A DNA stretch of 60,275 nucleotides from Gracilinanus agilis (Eukaryota), in NCBI RefSeq assembly GCF_016433145.1, contig NC_058131.1, positions 686,962,992 through 687,023,266 of the forward strand, read 5' to 3'. Under the pieces are notes generated by a model that made no database searches, was not told the origin of the DNA, and saw nothing but the letters and a program-made list of their open reading frames with translations. A program made the translations under genes and the position numbers. This document shows, in pieces, positions 25,050 through 35,900 of this stretch (position 1 is its first letter; every line of letters starts with the position of its first letter).

Positions 25050-25054
<5 letters not shown>
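24396..25054 (+). mobile_element. Probable solo ERV LTR
   Basis: Starts TGTGAAGATGGG, has LTR-like composition, AATAAA at about 24965 and an opossum-LTR-like 3' end (CAGCAACCACA...AATTTTTAACA). No TSD is resolved and the ends are uncertain. Confidence 0.65.

Positions 25055-25084
<30 letters not shown>
25052..25084. repeat. (CA)n microsatellite
   Basis: Read directly. Confidence 0.97.
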
Positions 25085-25087
<3 letters not shown>

Positions 25088-26485
25088 TTACTGTTGAAGG
25101 GTTCTCCAGTGGTAAATAGTGAGAATATTGGTCTTTGAATCAGCAGAAAAGGCCAGAATCCTAAATTACCCATGAAATGTGTGTGTATGTGTGTGTGCGT
25201 GTGTGCGCATATGTGATTGTCATGTACACATGCCTCCGATTCTGATTCTCTTTCTCTTTTACAGGAATTCATTTCTCTCAGTTCCTGGATTTCCCATCAG
25301 ACAGAGGGCAGGTATGATAAAGTTTTCTTAGTATGTATTTCTCCCTCTTTGTAAATGCTTTGTGCCAGTTTGGCTAGGATGATTTCACATAGAAACAATG
25401 ATAAAGTCTCATGTTTTGTATCACATGATAAGCTATATTGTTGTACCTTATGAAAATTAGGCACAATGAAAATCAAAGCCCTGTCCATGATCATAACAAA
25501 ACTTTCAGGTATCAGTATTGTTCTACCTCACCCTAAGCATTATTAATTTATCTCCTTTCAAGGGGAAGGATGCGAAGACCAATTCTAGATTGATTTAGGA
25601 TTTGGGATGATGGTTCTGACTGGCCATCTACATTTTTTTTCCTTTGGTGTTTCTTTTTCACATTACTTAAGCTTTTTTTTTCTCCCTCTAACCTTAATCT
25701 TCTGAAGAAAAATAAAAGTCTTATAAAAACATGCATATTCAAGCAAAAAAGATTCCCACATTGGCTATGTCCTAAACTGTGTATCTTAGTCTGCATGTTA
25801 GGTTTATTATATCTTTGTCTAATACTGTGTAACTTCATCATCAGTCCTTTGGCACCATGGCTTGTCATTGCATTAATAAGTTCTGAAGTCTTTGAAAAAA
25901 TATTTTTGTTTTCAATATTATTGCAATTGCAAAAAGTGTTCTCCTAGTTCTTTTCACTTTACCCTGCATCATTTCATGAAAGTCTTTCCATTTTCCTCTG
26001 AAACCCAACTTTGTCCTTTCTTAAAGCAAAATATTCCATTCCATTCATAATATGTTCAGCAATTCACTAATTGATAGACTCCATTTTAGTTTCCAGTTCT
26101 CTTACAATACAAAAAGAGAAGCTAAAAATATTCCAGTACAGCTTGAACTCTTTGGGATATAAACTTGTAGGTTGTATTGCTGGGGCAAAGGGTATGAAGT
26201 ATAGTATCTTTTCGAGCATAATTACAAGTATTAAAGTTTCCAGATTTAATAGATCAAATCACAGTTCTATCAATAGTGACTCAATGTGCCTATTTTTCTG
26301 GAACTCAGAAAACATTTGTCATTTTCCTTTTTTTTTCAACTTTGCCAATGTGACCAGTATAGAATGGTACCTCAAAATTGTTTTAATTTATACTTTTCTA
26401 ATGAGAGGCTATTTAGAGTAGTTTTATATGACAGTAAAAACAAATATATGTCTACTGTTGTAAACTGATTTTTTATCTTGGGCGT

Positions 26486-26887
26486 TGTAAGGATGAAGGG
26501 TAAGGAAAAATAATTTTGGGGGGAGAGAATGTTGCACAACAGAAGCGTAAGACAAGAACGGCAGTTGGAGACAGTAAAGGATTCCTGCAGAAGGAGTTTT
26601 TGGTTTGCAGAGCGGACCCCCAAATCTCCCCAGCCTCACCCTTGCCTTACTTGAGAGACCTTTTTAACATATTCATATTTTAGTATATAGACTAAAATTA
26701 GAGATAGAGGGAAGGGAAGGAGAAGCTTTGGGTTGGAGACTGAATTGGTTCTCCAAATTGAAGGACCTTTCCTCAGTAATCCTTCCTAGAATTCTTCACT
26801 GTCTCCAACTGTCATTCTTGTCTCACGCTCCTCTTGTGCAACATTCTCTCCCACCAAAATTCTTTTTCCTTACCCTTCATCCTTACA
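26486..26887. mobile_element. Unclassified 402-bp fold-back element with 99-bp TIRs and TGT...ACA ends, inserted in an old L1
   Basis: 26486-26584 and 26789-26887 are ungapped inverted repeats with 9 mismatches in 99 bp. The flanks GCGT (26482-26485) and ACAT (26888-26891) are a probable diverged 4-bp TSD. The host L1 sequence rejoins across the site. Confidence 0.8.
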
Positions 26888-27149
26888 ACATTTATCAATT
26901 AGGGTGTGGTTCTCATTTCTATAAATTTGAATCAGTTACACATATATTAGAAATTATACATTTTTCAGAGAACCTGGGTGTAAAGGTTCCCCCCCCCATC
27001 TGATTAACTGTATGCCTTCTAAACTTAGTAGGATGTTTTGCATGACTTCAGATGTATAATTCATGTTTGTTGCTTTCTCAAGGAGTACAGGAGGGTTAGG
27101 AGGGAGAGAATTTGGAACTCAAAATTTTTAAAAATGAATGCTAATTTTT

Positions 27150-27327
27150 TTAAACCCTTGTACTTTCGTGTATTTTCTCATAGGTGGAAGAGTGGTAAGG
27201 GTGGGCAATGGGGGTCAAGTGACTTGCCCAGGGTCACACAGCTGGAAGTGGCTGAGGCCAGGTTTGAACCTAGGACCTCCTGTCTCTAGGCCTGACTCTC
27301 ACTCCACTGAGCTACCCAGCTGTCCCC
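27150..27327 (-). mobile_element. Young SINE-1 (same subfamily) with 15-bp TSD
   Basis: About 8 differences from the 16879 copy. TSD TGAATGCTAATTTTT at 27135-27149 and 27328-27342. Confidence 0.95.
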
Positions 27328-28259
27328 TGAATGCTAATTTTTGATGAAATTTATAAATATCTAATGAAATAAGTAAAATGTATTTAAACTTAGTTGTATT
27401 GTATTTGTTTCTGCAAAACTTCTTTTCTCGAATTTGTGAAATCGAAATTGTACATGTTTTCTTCTATGATCCTTTCTTTTTTGTTTGTTCATGAACCTCT
27501 ACTGATTCCAAAGGTAATTTCTTCTTCTTCCTATTCATTTTTAAAAGATGACCTCCTATATTTGTGTCAATTTAAAGTTTATTTTGGCATCAGTGTGAGG
27601 TTTTGGTCTAGACATATTTTTTCCAGACCTCTAAGTTTTTGCAGCTATTTTTTTAAATTTATTTTTACCAAATGTTGTGCCTTTACTCCAGTAAATGGAG
27701 TCTTTGAATTTATTGAATGCTAGGCTAGTAGGTTTGTGTCTCAGTGTTGTGTATTTCTCTGTTCCACTCATCAACCTTTGTGTTTTATTAAATCAGTATC
27801 AAATCATTTTAATGAATGCTGTTTTGTATAATAATTTAAAGATCTGGAACTACTTGACCCTATTTCTTACCATTTTTTATTTCCATTGATACTCTTAGCC
27901 TTTTGTTCCTCCAGATGTTTTTTCCCTCTATTTTTATAAAGTAATACTCAGGCAGTTTTCTTTGTTGTTTATTGATGAAATCTTCAGTGTAATCATGAAT
28001 AAGAAGTTTGGCATCCAAGTTGACATTTGACTATTCAATTTTCTATTCCAGGGCCTTTACTTCCATTGTCTGAAAAGGCTACTGCTCATCAATGCAGCAA
28101 TGCAATAAATCTCTATTACCTTCATGTAATGGTTCCTTCTATATTTCCATTATCCTTCCTTAGTAATGATTGGCTTGTTGAGTCCAAACTACTTGGAGTC
28201 TTGACAATTTTATAGGGGTGTTCACTATATAACCAAGGTGATAATGATGAACACAAGAA

Positions 28260-28560
28260 GGTTAAGGTTGAGAGAGGGAAAATGGGTAGGAATGTAGAAG
28301 AGTGAAAGACAGAAGGAGAAGAAAGGGACGAAGGAAGGCAAGGGAGAGAGTAAGGGGAGGGAGAGAGTAAGGAGAAAGAGTGTAAAAAGGAGACTTAAGG
28401 ATAAAGAAGGAGAAGGAGGAAGAAGAGGAAGAGGAAAAAGAAGAGACAGAGACAGAGAGAGAGCTGAGGAGAGAGGGAAGGAGGGAAGGAAGGAAGGAAG
28501 GAAGGAAGGAAGGAAGGAAGGAAGGAAGGAAGGAAGGAAGGAAGGAAGGGGAAAAAGAAA
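28260..28560. repeat. Purine-rich tract with (GGAA)n (about 28487-28547)
   Basis: Read directly. Confidence 0.95.
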
Positions 28561-29069
28561 GACATTTGACTGGGATTTTGAAGAAGTAAAGAGATGATGA
28601 GGTGATTCCACATCAGGCATGGTTGACTACTGAAGTTCCTGTTGGTTCTGAGATTGTATGATTGTACAAGCCTAACAATGAATTTGTAAAGAAAGAGGAA
28701 CAGAGAGGATAGGAAAATATGGGAAACATGTGTTGACTTCATGACTAATCAGTTCAAGGAATCAAGGCAAAAAGGATAGATCAGAGGCACGGAACCTGAC
28801 TACATATCAAAAGTTTAAGTCTGTATTTTTCCACATTCAGCACTGAGGGTCACAAGAATACTCTGAGGCTCAGGGACAAAAATCTCTAATTGGGTGTGAG
28901 AATGAGATATGCTCCCCCACCTCAGATTTCTGTGCCTAAGGCAAAGCTCCAAACGTCCCACACTCATTAAGGTTCTATATTCAGGCCCTCCACAATCCAT
29001 TTCAAGCCTAATTTTCTATCTCTATGTGTCACTAATTCCCCCACATACAGTCAGCCCAGCTGACTTGGG

Positions 29070-29072
<3 letters not shown>

Positions 29073-29132
<60 letters not shown>

Positions 29133-29137
29133 TCTCT
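29073..29137. repeat. (CT)n microsatellite
   Basis: Read directly. Confidence 0.97.
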
Positions 29138-30066
29138 CGTACCATGTATACTCTCACCTTTGAATGACTGATTATAAGATTATAGATTTATGCATTCTAA
29201 AAGGCATACTATAGTATCTGCTCTGACTCCTTCATTTCAGAGATAAAGAAAATGAGAACTAAATAATTTGTCAAACTTGCCCAAGATCATACTGAGAGAA
29301 CTGGAACTCCAGCCCCTTACAATTCTGTTCAAATTATTTTTGTAGTTTTTCACACGACAAGAATGTATTTCCTCTTCTTTTCAATTATCCCATGAAAAAA
29401 GAAAAACAATATTCATGCCTAAAATTTGCTTTTCCCTCTGCAATATTTATCTTTCCTTTAAGTTCCATCTTCTCTGACTTTCCTTTCTCAATCACCACTT
29501 TTGAGTGATCACACTTTTTTTTTTGAAAGCAAACACTCATTATCTTTATCACTCTTTTGGCACTTACCCTTAACTACCCATAATGGTAATTATCTTGTTT
29601 TTATATGCATGGGCTTTCTGTTTTCCCAGATGGAAAGGACCTCAGCATCATTCTAACACAATCTGTTAATTCTACAATTAAGGAAACTGTGGTCCATGGC
29701 TGTGAAATGAATTCCTAGTTAGTAGCAAAGTCAAGACTAGAACCCAAGTCTCCTTGTTTCTAATCTACTGATATTTTCATCAGAGCAGCTAGGTGGTGGT
29801 ATAATTAAAGTGCTAGACTTGGGACTAGAAAGTTCTGACTTTGAATCCTACCTCAGATTATTTTGGCTTTGTGACCTGAGCAAGTCATTTACTCCCTCTC
29901 TTTAGCGTCTTCCAGGATTGTTATGAGGATCATCTAAGACAGTACATGTAAAATGCTTTCATACCTTAAAACGCTATGAACACACTCATCATTATCATTC
30001 TTATTCTATTCTGCCCACTTTCTTATACCAGAGAAATGCAAGGTATCTTGTGCTTCCCCTTCTTAC

Positions 30067-30262
30067 CTTCCTGATGCCTTCAGAAGGATTTGAAACACAG
30101 TTATCAGCTCCATTGTTCTTGCTGATGGTCTTCCAAAGTTCAGCAAATGTGCTGTCCTGTTCCAAGGGGTTGGTGCCTTTGGCTCTAAAGTATTCATATA
30201 CAGCTGAGTCTCTGACTGTGCCATAAGATATATCCATTTGTTTGGACAGGTCCTGAAATGTT
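30067..30262 (-). CDS. GRID1: GRID1 (GluD1) internal coding exon, 196 bp, S2 ligand-binding segment (human exon 13 equivalent)
   Basis: The minus strand translates to (R)[65 protein letters not shown]. This matches GluD1 closely and is clearly distinct from GluD2. The acceptor is canonical (CCTTTCAG|A, AG at 30263-30264) and so is the donor (AAG|GTAAGA, GT at 30065-30066). Confidence 0.97.
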
Positions 30263-30899
30263 CTGAAAGGCAGAGAAGCATCAGGATATTATCAGTGGGA
30301 GATATACTCCTATGATTTCCATTTTCTAACTGATTAGATTTCTGCGAGTATCTAAAGAGAGACAAAGCACCCTGGACACTCTGCCTCCATTACTTGGTAA
30401 GTTCTGTTCAAAGAATTCACTTTCTTGGAAAGACAAAATAGTTAAAATCCCAGACCAAAGCTTTTGAACCTCTTGACTGGCTGAGATATGAACAGGAAAA
30501 TACTAAAATAGCAACTTATAGCTTGAGATATTGAAAGGAAACTGATAATAACCACTGTTGCTTTTCAAATCCTCCATTTGCCATGTTCTTCAAAACTTCC
30601 CTAGAATGTACCTAGAGGTTTCCAAATGGAAGTCTTGTTCTCTCATCACTTGCCACTCTTCCTTATTGCCCAATAAAGAGCCAATTTTAGAAAATCTTCT
30701 GCATTTTATATACAGAGATAATGCTGGTATTGAGGGTACTATCTTGTTCACTGGTCATTTCATATCTGGATCCAGGTCTCAGTTGAATTGGAAGCTGTTT
30801 CTGGATAGTGTTACAATTAAAAATGATAAAGACTGATAAAATGAAGGAAATTAGTAGTTTAATTAAAGACATGACCATATCAATAAAATATATATTTTG

Positions 30900-31105
30900 A
30901 CCACGCGTCTGATAAAATCTCTTTAAATGGGCCAGTGCTGCCCATCCTTGCTATGTAGCCAAGAAAGAGATGGTCTCAAGCCTGACCTCCAAATTTTAAG
31001 CTGCCCTATACGTGGGGATGTCTGATGTTCCCACATCCGAAACCGGAAACCTATTGGATCATGGGGAATGTAGTCTCATAGTTCCCATGTGTCCACAGGA
31101 AGTTT
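30900..31105. promoter_or_regulatory. Candidate promoter-like motif cluster (ETS, CCAAT, ZNF143/SBS)
   Basis: CCGGAA 31043-31048, ATTGG 31053-31057, minus-strand ACTACATTCCCCATGATCC 31056-31074, CAGGAAGT 31096-31103, and 5 CpGs in about 140 bp. Confidence 0.35.
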
Positions 31106-34100
31106 GTAAGATACTTTTAAATGACACCTCCCTGAATTCCAAACACACAGTAGACATTACATTTCTCAACAGCACCTAGCACAACACAATTCATATAAGA
31201 GGAGTTCATGGATAAAACCAAGTTAGTAATGCATTCAGTAGGAATAAAAGATCACAAGACTTTAAAATTAAATTTAGAAGAGGTGTTAGAAGTCATCCAT
31301 CAAATCCCCATGTTTTATAGGTGAAGAAAATGTGGCTTGGGGAGTTTGCATTAATTGCCTGAGTAGATGGGTCACCTGGCTTAGCATATAGGTAAAAGAC
31401 CTTACTTAATGTGAATGAGCAATCTGATATGGATGGCTCAGGAAAAGGCAGGTTTGATTTGATGGCCACCATAGCCACTGGATCCTGAACCAGGTGACCT
31501 AGGGGAAATTAAACTACATAGCACCTTTGGGGCTGATGGAAGACCTAGAATTGGGGCATGAAGATATGATGCGCTTTGGATGAAATCTGAACTCCTTGCA
31601 GGAAGCAATCTCATCCCATAGATCAAAGTACAACATCCTGGATCAAAGTGCTGTTCAGCCCAATGTAGTTATGACTAAGCTCATAAAGTACATTTTGTTC
31701 AACTGAGTAATATGTCTTTCTATGTAAGATGAAGTCACATGCTTTCTACTGTTGGATAACCAGGAGGTATATATTTCCATATTCAAAAGACCTGAACTCT
31801 CCTTTGTCATTCTATCTCCCATCAATATTTTCTACTTTATATGTGCTTAATCCCACTTGCAGCTCTATCTTAAGTCCCAAAATTATACAAGGCACTGTGA
31901 AGCACAAAAGGAGAAGCCACAAAACCTGCCTACTAAGAGCTTTGCAATATATATTTATTTTCCTATAAATTTAAAATGATAATAATTATAATAATAATAT
32001 CAGACACCTATTCAGCAGCATAAGGTTTTCATAGCATTCTTCATACAATTTTTCATTTGTGTAAGCATCCTGGATATCTCCTCTGTCACTTTTGTATACA
32101 TCAAACATATCTATGAGCATCTATTTCAATGCATCATTGATAAAAGGAAACAAAAGATGAAGTAGTGAATTAAACAAAGCCACCTCTCTAATGATTGTTC
32201 ATTATTTTTGGTCTAATTGAAGCATAGTGTTTCCTTCATAGATCCCCAGGTTGGTGACTGGTACAATTTTCTTGGAATGTATGGGGGTAAAACCTATTAT
32301 ATTTTTTCCTCCCACTCTTGTTATTTGTTATCATGCTAATCCAAGCAAACACCAGGCTTCTGATGAATGGAAAACATCAGGGTGAATTACACAGTTGAGT
32401 CAAGTCCTGAAAGGCTCTAAATTGCTGCCATTTCATCCAGTAGGAAAGGCATCCATAACTGCCTGAGAGCCTCAGTAGGGCTTTTTCATTCCCTACATTT
32501 GGAATGATGGGGCCTGCTTTCTGACTATTCTTTGGTTATTTCATTTCTGTGGGTCAGAGGAGAGCAAGCATTCAAGCATGCAAGCATTGCCAGTCTTTTG
32601 CTTCAAAGCCACCATATTCTTGGTATATTTCAGTAACCAAATTCTCAAGCAGCACTAGCTTCTTCCATGTCTTTGCTTTCCAGCTTCATACCTTACCTTC
32701 CTGCATCCTTCTTTCTCAGGCTCTGGCAGCTTCCTCTTCTATGTTTGTGCAGAAATATTCTTTGGGGGATGGGAAGACAGTTTCTTTTTTTTCCCCTACA
32801 TTTCTCCATCTCCAGATTACCAAGGTTACTGCCTGAGATGCAGTAACAACCTCCACCTGGTACCTTTCTTAAATTCAATCCCTAAGCAATAGCCATATCA
32901 CAGTGAATGCTTCCCCAATGAGAGTGCCATTGTAGGTCAATGATATCTAACTAGATATTTTATCTGCATTTGTACGATTTATATTCTGCATCTTATCTTT
33001 TGTATACCACCATTAAGCCTCATTAATATTTTTATATATCAATGCACAAATGTAAAATAACATTAGTTTTATTTTTCACCCATAACTCTCCCTTTCATTC
33101 CCTTTGCCCTCTTCCTAGTCATTCCTGTTTTTCACTTTCACTTTCCATTTTATTTACTTTTCATTTCTGGTACCAACCAGTCTGAGAGCTCAAATTGCCA
33201 TCCAATTGCAATTAAAACAAAATAAAATATTTTAAAATCATGATCTAATATGCTTACTTTTCTTTACTTAAAATGAATGAATGAAAAAGAATTCAGTAAT
33301 TGAATCAGGTGGAAGCATTGAAAAGCAAGATAATCCCTGCCCTCATGGAGCTCATATTCTAATAGGGAGAGTCAATTCATATAGGGAAATTTTGCTGCAT
33401 CTCAAATGGCAAATGACCTGGCTGTATTAGCGGAAGTGGTATGTAAGGGTGTTATATCCATGATACTTTATAATGCTATCTATTTGCCATCCTTTTTTCC
33501 ATCCTCAATGAATCGATTTCTATATTTTCTATGTATATTTGCAACAAAAAATAGGTTTGCATCATGATTCAATATAGAATATTTGTAAACACATCTTTGT
33601 GTGTCAAGGAAGGAGTTACATAGATAGTGGAGATAAATACACTTATAGCAGGAAAGAGATCAATACTCAATATATGTAAAACAGGTTTCACCAACTAGTA
33701 AGATGCTGTAATTATGTTCTTTATAATTCTAAGTCATAAACTCATATTACTCTCTCTTAAGGAGAAAAGAAAAATGTTGAGCAACTGAAAAAAACATGGG
33801 AGATTGAGGTCCAATTATCCTGCCTAATGTGATTATGTTATAATGAAAGACCACAAATACTTCCCTAATTAGCAGAATATTCTCTTTTGGCCTGCATTGT
33901 TTCTTTTTTTCCCTCAATATCCAACTCCAAAAGGGATGCTTTTGTACAGATGCATCCAGATCTTCATTGGAAAGGCTCTATAACCTATTTCCTGGGTTCT
34001 TCTATTGCTAATTCTAGGCAGTGCAGAACAGTGGGAAAAGCACCATTTTTGGCAATTGAGTACTTGATTTTGAATATTGTTTCCACCACTGAATACATGT

Positions 34101-35359
34101 GTGATCTTGGGTAAGCCACTTAACATTGAGCCTAACTTTACTCAACTGTAAAATAGATAGGCTGATCTACATGACATCTATTTATTTCAAGCGCTAAGTA
34201 AGTGGTCCTCATGTTCTCCCATGACCTGAAAATTCTTCTCTTCTCTCTGAAGCAATTATTCCTAAATGTCCATTTTTCTGCCAGCTCTCTCTTTTATTCT
34301 GTAAAATATGGAAAACCTTAAGTGTTATAACATTTGAACAATAGTTAAAGGGGGCAAAAACTTGGAAAATGGATGTCTGAACCATGTTCCCATATTTTCC
34401 CTTAATTCAGTTAAATCTTGGGCTATGAGTAGGAAGAATATAGGTGACAGACTGTGGTTAGCATCATCTCATTCCCATAATTATCTCAGGGCAAGTTCCA
34501 CTTGAATCCCAGCAAGCACCACTGTGAATAAGGCCTTCCTTGACTGTGTAAATGGTAGCTCAGATTAGATACTTAGATGAAAAAGATTACAGAAAAGCAT
34601 AGACTCATAGAATCTCAGTGTTTGAAGTGGTCCAATAGGTTATAAGTTCCTCCAGGGTAGGGACTATTTCATCTTTTTATTTGTGGTCATCCCATCTGGC
34701 ATCAGGCCTGGTGCATATTAGATGCCCAATATAAACTTATTGATTAATTCCCAATGATTTTCATGTGACAATGGGATAAAGAGAGCTGGACCTGTGGAAA
34801 GAAGATGTAGATTCAAATGTAGGCTCTATTTGACAATGGACTTTTCTCTGTGCTTCCATTTTCTATTCTATTAAGATAATATTGACTAAAATATCTTGAA
34901 CATCTTTTTTAGCCTTCCAAATACAAATCATAGGCCCTTACATAAAAATAAATAAACTAAATTCAACCCGAACTTGAGTAGGAGCATCTTGTACAGCATA
35001 ACACATCATCATCCATCTTCCATTTGGAGAATTTCAGTGATGAGGAATTCACTCCTTCATGAAACAATCCATTTCTCATGGTTAACCTCCCTTCAAATAT
35101 TCATTACCCATAAGGAGAGCAGACTAAAGACTATTCAGTAAGTATATAACAAATTTCTTGTGACTATTTGCAAGTAAACATAAAATAAATCTACATGGTT
35201 CAGACAAGACAAAGTATAAGAACATTAAGGGACTCCCCACTTCCTGCAAAGTATTTTGCTGCTGGATATAGAGGCTTAATTTCTTTTTGACCATTTCTTT
35301 AACATCAGGAATCATTTAACTTTTGATCAAATGAAAGGCAAGTATAATCAAGGTATTTA

Positions 35360-35900
35360 TCCAGGTCCAATCCACTCAAGCATGAAAATGATTTTCCTAA
35401 AGCACAGGCAAAAACCAATAAACTTCAGTGGCTCTCTATTACCTGTTCACCAATCTCTCCACACTATCCCCGACACATCACATACTATTCAATACAATGA
35501 CACTGGTCTTCCTACCTTTTTTTCTTAAATGAGATACTTCATCTTCTAACTCTAGGCATGTTCACTGACTGTTCCTCTGTGCATGGAAAGCTCTCCCTCC
35601 TCCTCTCTGCTTCATGGCTTCCTCGAAGCCTCTATAGAAAATCTTTTACAATCCTTCTTACTTCTATTGCCTTTCCTTTCTTGATTATTTCCTAATATAT
35701 ATATATATATATATATACATATATATATAACCGAATTTATGCATATTATTTGTAGATAGCTACATAATTATTTGCATTTTGTTCCCTGACCCCTCCCATT
35801 AGATTATGAGCTTCTTGAGGGCAAGGGTGATCTTTTGCCATTCTTTGTATTGTCAGTGTTTACAATAGTGCTTAGAACACAGAAGGATTATAATAAATTT
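35360..35900 (+). mobile_element. L2 3' region interrupted by (TA)n
   Basis: TGATTTTCCTAAAGCACAGG...AGATTATGAGCTTCTTGAGGGCAAG. Confidence 0.8.

Larger units (their letters stand above)
25590..28230 (-). mobile_element. Old L1 3' portion, interrupted by the fold-back element and a SINE-1
   Basis: Antisense L1 motifs (CTTTGCCAATGTGA...TGGTACCTCAAAATTGTTTTAATTT; TTTATCAATTAGGG). Confidence 0.75.

Noticed and set aside
28225-28742. 131-aa and 115-aa ORFs (PSFL repeats)
   Set aside because: They are translations of the (GGAA)n and purine low-complexity tract.
31400-31700. Coding-like composition suggesting another pseudogene
   Set aside because: All three plus-strand frames have stops, and I recognised no protein family there or in the minus-strand ORFs of the track.
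32697-32832. Possible 136-bp cryptic exon whose donor (AGGAAG|GTAAGG) shares 12 bp with the real exon end
   Set aside because: The polypyrimidine tract is weak and there is an immediate stop codon. Such donors are expected by chance in 60 kb.
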